Assembly: GCA_918797485.1 (NCBI GenBank)
Contig: CAKKNE010000001.1
Location: 3,720,001 to 3,784,000, forward strand
DNA length: 64,000 nt
DNA from: Pelagomonas calceolata
Lineage: Eukaryota
Reading direction: 5' to 3'
Shown: positions 1 to 10,100 of the stretch, piece by piece
Layout of the letters: each line of letters starts with the position of its first letter
Position numbering within the stretch: the first letter of the stretch is position 1
The notes under the pieces: model-generated
Told to the model about the DNA's origin: nothing
The model's database searches: none
Seen by the model: only the letters and a program-made list of their open reading frames with translations
Position numbers and translations under genes: made by a program

Positions 1-1
1 T

Positions 2-1276
2 CGACGAGCGGCGCTTAGCCTCGGCCGTCGCGGCGACTTCGACGGGCGGCGGCGACGCCGCGCCGGCGTCAGCGTCAGAAAAGAGCGACCGCAGCGCCGC
101 GTCGACGTCTGACTCGAGGGCGGGCCCGGCGCCGGTGTGGATATCGCCGGCCTCGCGCCGCCGCGTCGCGTCGCGTAGCAGTCCTAATGCCTTGGCCACG
201 CGCGTGGGCGGCGGGCGGCGCGGCGGCGCGGCGCGTGCCTCCGCGGCGTCCAGCGCGGCATCCAACGCGTCCAGCTTGAGCCGTCGCGCGTCCGAGGCGG
301 CACGCTCTGCTGCGGAGATCGCTCGCAATGCCCCAAGGACGCGCGGCGCCGCGAGGGAACTTCGCAGCTCGCGCAGAGCTACGGACGCCACGGCCTCGGC
401 CCGCTCACTTTGGTCCAAGGCCTGGATCGCGCCATCCGCCGCCGCGGCTACTTCGCCCCGCGCATGGCCCGACAGCCTCGCGCTTTCTCGCGCTTTCTCT
501 CCACATCGGCGTTCGTGCGTCCGAGCGCGATCCCGCGCCAGCGCAGCCGCTCGCGCAACCTCCTGGGTTACCTCCGCGCGCGCGTTCGCCTCGGCCGCCT
601 CCGTGGCGCCTCGCGCGTCCTCCGCGTCCTCCGATGCTTTGCGCGCGGCCTCGTCGGCGCGCACGAGGGCCGCACGGCGACTCGCCAGCTGAGACTCGGC
701 GGTTCGCGCAGCACCACGTGCATTGGTTAGTAATGCGTGCGCCTCTCGTAGACTGGCGTTCGCTTCGGCCGCGTCCGCGCCCAGTGCACGCCGCAGGGAC
801 TCGTAGGCGCGCGCTGTCTCGTCGTCGTGTCTCGCGCCGTCGGCCGCCAACGCCGCCAACGCACTGAGAGCGCTATCGACGCCGTCTGCGGCCGGCTCGT
901 CCAAGCGCTGGTCCTCGTCGGGCGTCAGCGGCCAGCGCCGGGGCCGCGCCGTCGCGGCGTCCGCGAGTGGCGCAGCCGCGGAGGACCACTCGCCTCTGGC
1001 ATGCGATGCCTGGCGCGCCGCGGCGAACTGCTCGAGCGCCTGCAGCGCGGCGTGGCCGCGCACGGCCCCGCTTATCGAGCATTCCACGGCCGCGGCGCTG
1101 CACTCGAGCTCGGGCTCCTCCGCCACGGCTTTCCGCGCGCCGACGACGCGCCAGACCTCGGTGCCGCTCCCCGCATAGGCAGCAGCCTGTGCGAGCTCAT
1201 CTATGCCGAGCCATCTTGTAGCGTTGGAGCTCGCGTCGCGGACGTCTGCTACGGCGTCTCGGAGCCGACCCAGCAT
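2..1276 (-). CDS. Ala-rich, probably coiled-coil hypothetical protein, 3'-truncated by the window edge
   Basis: Read manually on the minus strand: ATG at 1276 (MLGRLRDAVADVRDASSNATRWLGIDELAQ...), with no stop seen down to the window start. It is missing from the ORF track because its stop lies outside the window. The + ORF 135..692 is its antisense shadow. Confidence 0.65.
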   Translation of the reverse strand, partial: MLGRLRDAVADVRDASSNATRWLGIDELAQAAAYAGSGTEVWRVVGARKAVAEEPELECSAAAVECSISGAVRGHAALQALEQFAAARQASHARGEWSSAAAPLADAATARPRRWPLTPDEDQRLDEPAADGVDSALSALAALAADGARHDDETARAYESLRRALGADAAEANASLREAHALLTNARGAARTAESQLASRRAALVRADEAARKASEDAEDARGATEAAEANARAEVTQEVARAAALARDRARTHERRCGEKARESARLSGHARGEVAAAADGAIQALDQSERAEAVASVALRELRSSLAAPRVLGALRAISAAERAASDARRLKLDALDAALDAAEARAAPPRRPPPTRVAKALGLLRDATRRREAGDIHTGAGPALESDVDAALRSLFSDADAGAASPPPVEVAATAEAKRRSS

Positions 1277-1422
1277 AATGTGATAACTCCTCCTATGAAT
1301 GCTCAAGGTGATGCGTCGAAAGCTGTCGAGATCGAAACTCTGAACGTCTAGAAAGCTTCAGAGCTCGCCAATGCGCAGGGCTGCGCCTCGCACAGCAAAA
1401 TAAAGCCCGGGGAGGTCAAGCA

Positions 1423-1444
1423 CCTAGCGCAAGTAACATACTAG
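1423..1444 (+). promoter_or_regulatory. CTAG-N13-CTAG upstream motif copy
   Basis: cCTAGCGcaagtaacataCTAG in the divergent gap between the starts at 1276(-) and 1585(+). Confidence 0.5.
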
Positions 1445-1584
1445 AAAAAAACTTTGGTCTCTCGCTGGACGGGTGCCAATCTTGAGCCAACGCGGAGCCG
1501 AACGTGTGTTTTTTTCAGTGTTGCGCGCTGCCTTAATCGCGCAGGCCGCTTGTTGAGAGCTCTGAGCTCGGCTATCACTCGGCC

Positions 1585-2841
1585 ATGGTGCCTGCCGAGA
1601 TTTTTACTGCCGCGGAGCGATGCGCTGGCGACGATGAGTTTTTGCAACAGATACGGACCTGGTTGGACAGCGGAGGAGACGTCAACGATTCTGGGGGCAA
1701 CAGTTGGCACCGACAAGATTTATGTCTCCTGAGCCGAAGCAATCACCCGCATCTCACCAAGTTTCTGTTAGAGCGCGGTGCTGACGTGAATTGTGTCAAT
1801 GAGAGCGGGATGACCCCATTGTACTATAGTTGCGGGATCCCAAATCGTGGGGGAACTGATATAATTAACATGCTGCTGGATGCCGGCGCCAACATAGATG
1901 CCAAGACAACGGAAGCGGTTGGGGCCGTTGCGATAGCGGGGGAGACGGCGTTAAGCACTTCATTGGACTGGTTCCGGCACGAAGATGGAAAAACTGCCCT
2001 GAGATACGTAACTCTCTTATTGCGTCGCGGCGCCTCACTCGACGACTGCTGGGGCGGGCTGCCGGCCGAGGAGTGCCTCCGGCACATCGAGGATCCGGAG
2101 GCGTTTAATGAGTCCATCAACGATATATACGACCAGATGGATCCATCAATGGCAACCAACGAAGATTTCATAGCTTGCAAGAAACTGATCGCCGACGAGC
2201 GCCGCCGCAGATTCGTGGCGAAGCGGAAGGAGGTCCTACGGCTGCGGTCGCTCCTGGTCCGCGGGCGCGCCAAAAAGTCGTCTGACGCCATGATCGAGCC
2301 CAGCTTCCGCCTGCCCGACGGCGTCCTCTGGAACGTGCTTTCGTTCTGGCCGCCGCAGCGGCCCAAGACCTTCTGGAGGGCACGGGCCTACGATGGACCG
2401 CGGCCCGGGTGCGTGTTTACAACGCGGGGCGGCCGTACGGGCTACTGGCTAGACGGCGAAGCCACGGTTGTGTCCGGCGACCGGCCAATGCATTGGACCA
2501 GCAACGCGACCTCGGACGGCGCCTGGACGTGCTTGGACGACGCCTGGAACTGCTTCGTCAACGAGCGGCTGCCCGAGATGAAGATAAGCCAGCTCATGAA
2601 GATGCTCGCGACGCTCAAGCCGCTCGCCAAGGACGCGTACAAAGCCGCTATGGCTGCGCGTGAAGGCAAGAACGAGGAGGCCGCGCGGCAGGTCGTTCGC
2701 GCGCTCTTTGAGCACATCACCCGCGGCGCGATCCTCGACGCGTACGCCAAGGCGTACGCGCCGCCCGGGCCGTTGACTGGTGCTCTGGCTCTGGACTACC
2801 GCGGCCCCGGGTATCTGCCCGAAAATAGACCTAGACCCTAA
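1585..2841 (+). CDS. Ankyrin-repeat protein with C-terminal extension
   Basis: Ankyrin motifs LLERGADVN..GMTPLYY, MLLDAGANIDAK, GETAL and LLLRRGASLD; 418-aa ORF. Confidence 0.85.
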   Translation: MVPAEIFTAAERCAGDDEFLQQIRTWLDSGGDVNDSGGNSWHRQDLCLLSRSNHPHLTKFLLERGADVNCVNESGMTPLYYSCGIPNRGGTDIINMLLDAGANIDAKTTEAVGAVAIAGETALSTSLDWFRHEDGKTALRYVTLLLRRGASLDDCWGGLPAEECLRHIEDPEAFNESINDIYDQMDPSMATNEDFIACKKLIADERRRRFVAKRKEVLRLRSLLVRGRAKKSSDAMIEPSFRLPDGVLWNVLSFWPPQRPKTFWRARAYDGPRPGCVFTTRGGRTGYWLDGEATVVSGDRPMHWTSNATSDGAWTCLDDAWNCFVNERLPEMKISQLMKMLATLKPLAKDAYKAAMAAREGKNEEAARQVVRALFEHITRGAILDAYAKAYAPPGPLTGALALDYRGPGYLPENRPRP

Positions 2842-2863
2842 AACGTGAATTGTGAACCAACTC

Positions 2864-3937
2864 CTAAAACCCATACGCCCCCCGGATCTCCGCCGCGGCC
2901 GCGCGCCGCTGGTCGTGCTGCAGCTCGAGGAGCTCCAGGCGCGTCGGCTTGTAGAGGTCGCCGTCGTCGACGTCGTCGTCCGAGGCGTAGACCCCCATGT
3001 CGTCCGCGAAAACAGGCGCCGGCGCCGGCGCGGCGGCCGCCTCGACGACGGCCGCCGCCGCGCCGCGGCTCTTCTGCCGCGGCGCCGGGATCGTCTGCGC
3101 GTAGACCCGGGCCTTGTCCAATCGAGTGGGCTGCTTCGGCGGCGGCGACGGCGACTGGTACTTGGGCTGCTTCGCGAGGGCCACTTTATTGAGGCGGTCG
3201 AGCTCCTTCGAGTAGGCTTTCAACTTGGCCGCCTTGGCGCGCTTCTCCTGGAGCGCCGGGTCCTCGTTCAGGTTCGGCCGCAGGGGCTCGAATTCGATGT
3301 ATTCCGTGGGCTTGGTCTTGCGGTACTCATGTAAAGTGTACGGCTTAAAATTCGACACCGCTCTAGCTTTCCGCGAGTAGTAGAGCTGGTCCCGGGGCTT
3401 CCTTATTAAATCTTCGTTGCGGTCGTCGCCCCGTTTTGGGGGAGGCGCCTCGTCGACTCGTGACCGCCTTTTAACGGGCGAGACGGTCCTCCGGCGCCTC
3501 GCGCTCGAGGGTTCGACGGCCTCATAAACATCATCCACGGCCGCGGCGTAATCATCATCAACATTCAGCGTCGACGTCGCCGTCTCGAGGGGGTCGTAGT
3601 TCCGGGGCGGCGACGCCGGCGGCTCTGGTAACAGCTGGCGCGGCTTGTCGACGGCGGCGCCGCCTCCACTTCCTCGCGCGTAGGCCCCGGTCCGCGACGC
3701 GCGCCGCGCGAAGGCCGCGTGCGCCGACTGCGCCGGCGCGAGCTGGCCCGGCGGGATCGCGACGCCCCGGCGCTCCCTTATGAGTTGCGCGCCGCGCGCG
3801 CCCGGCCGGACGCGCGAGTAGTTCTCGAGCTGGCCGTCGCGGCCCGTGCGGTTGACGCGGCCCGCGAAGCGCTTCCGGAACTCGGCGCTCACCTCGCGGC
3901 CGTGCGGCTGCCGCGGTTGCGAGCCGCCGAAGGACAT
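2864..3937 (-). CDS. JHY-family (Jhy homolog) ciliary protein
   Basis: C-terminus FKPYTLHEYR...LRPNL...KLKAYSKEL...KARVYAQTIPAP...LELLELQHDQRR resembles the conserved JHY C-terminal region. The likely start is MSFGG at 3937 rather than the track's 4354. Confidence 0.65.
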   Translation of the reverse strand: MSFGGSQPRQPHGREVSAEFRKRFAGRVNRTGRDGQLENYSRVRPGARGAQLIRERRGVAIPPGQLAPAQSAHAAFARRASRTGAYARGSGGGAAVDKPRQLLPEPPASPPRNYDPLETATSTLNVDDDYAAAVDDVYEAVEPSSARRRRTVSPVKRRSRVDEAPPPKRGDDRNEDLIRKPRDQLYYSRKARAVSNFKPYTLHEYRKTKPTEYIEFEPLRPNLNEDPALQEKRAKAAKLKAYSKELDRLNKVALAKQPKYQSPSPPPKQPTRLDKARVYAQTIPAPRQKSRGAAAAVVEAAAAPAPAPVFADDMGVYASDDDVDDGDLYKPTRLELLELQHDQRRAAAAEIRGAYGF

Positions 3938-4204
3938 CGCGCTGTGGTCGGTGCTTTGTGGGGCGCGGCGGCGGCGCCCGGGGCCGCAAGGCTGCGCGTG
4001 GCCCGGATCCGGGCCGGAGACGGCGCCCGCGGACGGCGGTGGCTGGGCGGCGGCCGCTAGGGACGCTACCGAGCAGACCCTGTGGCGGTTTGGCAGGCCT
4101 CGTCGGCGCTGTTGGCAGCGCTGTAACAGACGCCTGGGCTGTCCAAAGGCTGCCCCTAGAGCCGCAAACGCTGCGGACCAACGGCCCGCGCGGCCACGAC
4201 CACG

Positions 4205-6070
4205 ATGGCGGCCGCTCCCGCGCCGCCGCCGCGGTCCACAAAAGAGAAGCCGCCCCCGGTGCCAAAACGAGGCGGCAAGCGCATGTCCTTCGCGACGGAG
4301 CGTGTAAGGGTCGCGGTACGTATCAGACCGCTCGTCGCCCACGAGGCCGATCAAGTGCCTTCCGTAAGATGTATTGATAGAGGCGCGCTCGAGGTCACGA
4401 CGCCGAGCGCCGGCGGCGTTTCTACCATAAAAAAATACGATTTTGACCTGTGCCTTGGTCCATCAAGTACGGAGGATTCTGTTTTTGAAGCGCTGGGCGC
4501 GAAGGCGTTATTAGATCGCGCGTTACGAGGTATCAAGGCGACGGTCTTCGCGTACGGCGCGACTGGCAGTGGAAAGACTCATACCATCCTAGGCCATGAA
4601 CGAGAGGACTTTGAGTCATTGCCCGTTTCACCAGGCACGGACCTGATCAATGATAGAGATGGCTTGGTTGCACGGGCCGTCAAGTACCTCTATCAAACGG
4701 CAGATTCAGACTTACAAATCAGGGCGTCGTTCTTCGAGGTCTACTGCGAGTCTATATATGATCTGCTCGAACCCAATGCAACCGCGTTACCGTTACGGGA
4801 GGGCCAGGGCGGGTTTTTCGCTCCTGGTTTAAGTGAACTCGACTGCCACTCTTCGGATGATGTGGAAGCTATTTTAAGGGAGGGTCGACGCTCGAGACGA
4901 AAGGCCTCGCACAAACTGAATCGCGATTCGTCTCGTTCTCATGCTTTGCTCGTGTTGCGGTTGAGTCATGGGGCCGCGAGGGGTCGCGTGACGTTCGTGG
5001 ACCTGGCCGGGAATGAGAGGTTGAAAAGAAGTAAAGATAGCGACCCGCGCGAGACGGGGGCCATCAACCGCTCGTTGCAAGCGTTAGGCAAAGTGATTTC
5101 TATTCTATCTCGCAAAGAGGATCAGACAGAGCACGTGCCCTACCGCGATTCGACGCTGACGAAGCTCTTGATGGACTCGTTGGGCGGCGACGCGGCGACG
5201 TTGATGGTGGCCTGCGCTTCTCCGGCCGCGGCGCACGTCGACGAGACGCTGTGTACCCTAGGTTATGCTAGACGCGCTCGAGGCATCGTCAACGCGCCCT
5301 TCGCGACGTTGGTCGGTGCTGATACGAATGCGGAGCGGCGGCAGCAGGAAAGAGATAGGAACGAGATCGAGCGATTACGGGACGACGTCGCGCGGCTAAG
5401 GGCCGAGAATTTGCGACTGTCCGAGGAGAACGCGCGGCTGCTATCACTCAAAACCGTCGAGGAAGACAGTGATGATGACTACGACCAGATAAGCGTGGTG
5501 AGTCGAGGGGGGACAAGAAGGCACCAGCGCGTGAAGCGGAAGGCACCTAAGAAAGTTCTCAAGGACCTTTCCGTGGCCGAGCCGCCGCCCACGAACGACG
5601 TGGAAGATAAACTGCGACTGGAGAACGAGACCTTGAAGGCGGAGCTCCACGAGCTTTCAGTGAGATTCGACAAATTTCATTCAGAGCAGGACTACCAGTT
5701 TTCACAGGTCCAGGAGGCCCACGCGACCCAACAAAGCCAGTGGGCCGCGGCCCTCGAACGGTTACAGGCGGAGCACAAGCGCGAGGTCGATGACCTGAAC
5801 GAGGCGCACGCGCGGCAACTAAAAGATCGGCCCAGGTCGTCCGACTCCGCCGAGGACTACTACAAGAAGTTTTACACCGAGCAATTGTTGAATCATCAAC
5901 GGAAAGTGGACCCGACGTTCCAAGGGAGGGGCGACCCGCACTCGGCCGAGACGACGACGCGGAACTTGAGCGACCACCACGAGACGGAGTTGATTAGTGT
6001 GAGGCGGTCGCAGCGCGGCGAGGTCGTCAAGAAGCACCGGGACGTGTCCGCGCTGCTAGGACTCGCCTAA
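4205..6070 (+). CDS. Kinesin motor protein (N-terminal motor, coiled-coil tail; possibly kinesin-16/KIF12-like)
   Basis: RVAVRIRP, P-loop GATGSGKTHT, switch I NRDSSRSH, switch II VDLAGNER, HVPYRDSTLTKLLMDSLGG. Confidence 0.95.
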   Translation: MAAAPAPPPRSTKEKPPPVPKRGGKRMSFATERVRVAVRIRPLVAHEADQVPSVRCIDRGALEVTTPSAGGVSTIKKYDFDLCLGPSSTEDSVFEALGAKALLDRALRGIKATVFAYGATGSGKTHTILGHEREDFESLPVSPGTDLINDRDGLVARAVKYLYQTADSDLQIRASFFEVYCESIYDLLEPNATALPLREGQGGFFAPGLSELDCHSSDDVEAILREGRRSRRKASHKLNRDSSRSHALLVLRLSHGAARGRVTFVDLAGNERLKRSKDSDPRETGAINRSLQALGKVISILSRKEDQTEHVPYRDSTLTKLLMDSLGGDAATLMVACASPAAAHVDETLCTLGYARRARGIVNAPFATLVGADTNAERRQQERDRNEIERLRDDVARLRAENLRLSEENARLLSLKTVEEDSDDDYDQISVVSRGGTRRHQRVKRKAPKKVLKDLSVAEPPPTNDVEDKLRLENETLKAELHELSVRFDKFHSEQDYQFSQVQEAHATQQSQWAAALERLQAEHKREVDDLNEAHARQLKDRPRSSDSAEDYYKKFYTEQLLNHQRKVDPTFQGRGDPHSAETTTRNLSDHHETELISVRRSQRGEVVKKHRDVSALLGLA

Positions 6071-6795
6071 AAGAGATTTACGTAGACCGCTCCGAGCGCG
6101 ACGACGACCGCGCCCGCGACAGGGAGTAAACTGCCGCCGCCGTTGAGGTCGCGCCGCATCGTCAAAGTAGTAGTCGTCTGCTTGGCGATGCGGCCGTCGT
6201 CGGTGGGCACGAGCGTGTCCGACGCCGTGTCCTTGCTGATGACACTATACCCAAGCTTCGAATACAAGTTGCGCGCGGGTTTATTGGATTCCTCAACCAC
6301 GAGATCCATCTCCGTGCAGCCCCACTCCCGGACGCGCTTCTCGGCCTCTCTTACGAGGGTTGTGGCGACGCCCCGCCTTCGGCCTTCGCGCGCCGTCGCG
6401 ACATTTGACAATACAGGAACCAAGTTTTCACCAACTGCGCCGTCGAGCTCCACGCCCGCACATCCGATGATGGTCGAGCCGTCCTTGGCCACGAATAATG
6501 TGGCTTTGCGCCGCGTGTCCCTTCTTAACGCGTACCGCCTCCGGAAGTCGTCGAGCTGGCCGCTCCGCAGTTCCCGCCGCTGCGCCGCCGTGAGCTCCTG
6601 GGAGCCGGCCTTGTCGGCCCAGAACGAGTCGAGGAAGACGCTCGACACGTCCAAAAAGTCGCGGCTCTCTTCCTCCACCACGAAATCGATTTTTTTGGCT
6701 GATAATTGTAGTGACCGGCGCGCGCGCGTCGTCGGTGGCACGTAGGCCGCAGCGATGCGCAGGCCGACAACTATCGCGATCCGTCGCAGTGCCAT
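6067..6795 (-). CDS. GNAT-family N-acetyltransferase, probably plastid-targeted
   Basis: LSNVATAREGRRRGVATTLV (motif A) and LVVEESNKPARNLYSKLGY. Start MALRRIAIVVGLRIAAA-YVPP looks like a signal peptide plus ASAFAP-type transit peptide. C-terminal hydrophobic helix. Confidence 0.85.
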   Translation of the reverse strand: MALRRIAIVVGLRIAAAYVPPTTRARRSLQLSAKKIDFVVEEESRDFLDVSSVFLDSFWADKAGSQELTAAQRRELRSGQLDDFRRRYALRRDTRRKATLFVAKDGSTIIGCAGVELDGAVGENLVPVLSNVATAREGRRRGVATTLVREAEKRVREWGCTEMDLVVEESNKPARNLYSKLGYSVISKDTASDTLVPTDDGRIAKQTTTTLTMRRDLNGGGSLLPVAGAVVVALGAVYVNLF

Positions 6796-7192
6796 GGCTG
6801 TGACACAGGCTGTTGGGAGAGCTGTTTTGGGTTGGCTGCAATACGTGTGATTGCACGCTCTGCCAGCGATTGCTGTGAGGAATGCGCGAGAACTCTTTGA
6901 AGCTCGTTGCAACCCAATTGGCGTTCGCGTGCGTCGCGTGGAGCAGCAATGCCACTGCAGGCTGATCGAGCTGGCTGCTTGATGGCCGGCGCGTCCGAGC
7001 ATTCCTCTGGGGTGCTAAGCAATACTCTGTCTACGAGTCCAGGACTCGAATGCGGACCACCGGCCCCCCTGGACCCCGTACTATTTTTATTTCAGTTTGC
7101 GAGTTTGCCCAAAAAGGCAGCACTGCCCCAGCCGAAAGGCAGCCTGCCATGGCATAAGGCAGCCTCCGGAGTGCTGCACCAACGCATCGAAC

Positions 7193-10100
7193 ATGGACGA
7201 AATCACCAACACCATGAACACAGACAAAGAGGCAGCAACCGCGGAGCCGCAGCCGGCCGTGCGCGTGCGCGTCGTCGACGCCACGACGCGGAAGACCATG
7301 AATGAGCAGACAGAGGTCGTCTTCGTGCCCTGCGCGGACTCCGAACCGATTAAAATCAAAAATAAGGCACTGGAGCAGCTGCCGGCGCGCCGCTACCTCG
7401 TGAAGGCGACGGCTCCCGGGTATCAGCAGCTCAACTACCTGGAGGGCCCCATCAACATCTACCACGACCACCTCGTCGTGGACCAAGACGGCCGCCCCCA
7501 AAGAGAAGTCGTGATTCAGATGGAGCGGCGCGTCGCGGCGGTCTGGCTCTCGGTTTCCGATTGCAGAGATGGGAAGGCGCTGCCTACCGCTTCCGTGCAA
7601 TTGTTAGATGAGAAAGAAAACGTGTGCCATGTTTTTGATGCGCCTGGTTCGCATGACGTCGCTGCTGTTACATCGGTAACTAAAACGTACGCCTTGAGAT
7701 TGCACCTGAGGGGCTACGTTTTGCATGGGCCTCAATCCGTAACATTAGAACGAGGCAAGCGTATCGACCTATTAATGACGGCGCGGCGCACGGACGTGAA
7801 AGTGGTCTGCCGCGACCTGCGGAGCGGGCGACGGATCGACGATGTAGATATACAATTGATTAACGAGGAGAACGAGGTTTTAGAAGGGGATACGGTGGAC
7901 ACTGATGTTGAGTACCGTATTGTCTGCCGAGCGGAAGGATTCCGCCAGGTTACAAGAATACAAAAATGTACATTCCCGCCAAAATTATTCGCAGGGAGCA
8001 CCTCCCCACTAGAAGTGAGAGTTGATCTGGAACCCGTCAAAAGTTCAATACCTCTGGCGCCGCCTAGAAGGGCGGTCTGGGGCTGGTTGGCATTAGATCA
8101 GCCGTCTCGGAGTGCTCCCGAGACAGAGACAGCTCAAAAGAAGCCAAAGAAGAAGAAGACTCTGGAGGACTGGGGCACGTGTACGATTAATGTGAGGGCC
8201 GTCGACGCGACGTATCCGAAGCCTATTAGATTAGCCGGCGCGCGCGTCCGCGTCGACGGCAACGTAAGTGGCGAGACGGACGAGAGAGGCGCTCTACAAC
8301 TCAAGTTGAGGGCGCCGTCCTCCACAGAAACCTCCGTCACGGTCCAGGTGGAGAAGGACAGCTTTATAAGTGACGCGACGTCGGTAAAGATCCAGGCTTC
8401 GCAAGCAGCCCAAGCGAACATCGCGCTACGGAGGACTCTTGTCAGAGTGGACGTCGTGCACGCGTCTTCTGGGAAACCAGTGACGGGCGACGTCGACTTT
8501 AGTTTAGAGCCGGACGATTCCAGAAGTCCCTTGCCTTGTGTCGAGGCGGGAGACGGTCTTATCTTATCGATAAAGCACGACCGTGCGACCTTCGATGGGG
8601 TCGTCGCGCAGCGCCACCGGGATGAAAGTCAGACGTATTATGACGTCGTCGGTGTCGATGGTTCTGATCTAACGCTGCTGAAGGTGAGAAGGGAAGACCT
8701 GTCACCCACGAAAGATAACATTGTGGTAAGGGAGCTGGAGATCGGCGAAAATGTCGCCTGCTTGTATCCTCATAATGGACGGTATAAACTAACATGTAAA
8801 GCTCCTGGCTTACGATTGAGTGGTCCCTCGGTCAAAACGTTCTCAGCACGAGATTGGACAGAGAAGGGCCCGCTCCAGTTAACGTTGCGGCTCGAACCGT
8901 CCGTGGCGCGACTACGCTTGGCCTGCGCCACCGAGGACGGCGTACCTGTGAGTTGTTTAGCGGATGTCGGCGGCGAACGGCTTGAGTTAAGTGATGATGG
9001 TAGCTTCTCAATGATAGATGTGCCCTTACCACGCGGTAAAGTACAGGCGTCTCTGTCATTACGAGTGGCCGCGCCTCAGTTTATACAAGTGCCGCCCTTT
9101 GAGACGTCTCTCTCATGCGACAGAGCGACAGAAGTAATAGCTTATGTGAGACCCTGCGACGTGAGATTGACCGCCGTCGCCAAGGGGAATATCTTGAAGA
9201 AAGCGACATTGCAACTCATAAGAGTCGACGCCAACGGCGACGACGATGAAATACGCGTCGTGCAGCCCGGGTCTCGAGTTGCGGTGGATGTGGGTGCCGA
9301 GTATCGCGTCCAGGCTTCCGCCAGAGGACATAGACAAGTGGGATTACTCAAGACGTTCATCGCCACCCCGGAGACGTTCTTGAAACAGCCGGGACCGGTC
9401 TCCCTAGCCGTCGACATGGCGCCGGACGTCGGCGCGGTGGACCTGGCCGTGCTCGACGTTGTAGGGAGACCGGTGCGCCACGCGCGCGTCACCGTAACGT
9501 ATGAGCGGTTACCCTCATTGTACCTGGGACATAGGAGAGGCGTGCAGGAGCTCCCGTTGGACGGTTCTGACGAACTCGACGTCGATGTGACCTGTGACGA
9601 AGCGGGCTACGTCCAGGTGAGTCAACAAAGAGTCAGGGTCAAGGCCGGGCGGCTGCGGAAGACGTCCATCATTTTGAGACGAAGCGATATTGTTTTAAGA
9701 GCAATCGATGCAAGAACGGGTGCGACGCTGCGAGCCTTGGAGGATCTACGGTTAGAGTTAAAACCGGTGGAAGAAGGCAAAACGTTGTCATTTAGCGGCG
9801 CGGGCGGCGAGGTCTTTGGGCCGGCGCAAGCCGTGGATCTGCAGAAAGCTTATAGAGTTTGTGTCGACGCTCGGCGCTTCAAACTAGTCGAACCGATTCA
9901 TGCCGTTTCATTCGCAAAAGCGGACTTTGGGGTCTTGGAGGACCACAAGCACCTGGCTCCTCTCTTAGAACGAGCGAGGGATGCGGCTCGGCGGAAAGCT
10001 CGGAGAAGCGGCGTCGACGCCGACCGAGCGGAAGAGCAGTTGCGCCTGGAGATCGACGCTCGGTTAGCCAAGGTGGTGGATGTGCGCGTGGAGCCCCTCG

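Noticed and set aside
135..1351. Plus-strand ORFs 135..692, 328..867 and 827..1351
   Set aside because: Antisense or alternate-frame shadows of the minus-strand gene starting at 1276. High GC makes long spurious ORFs common throughout the window.
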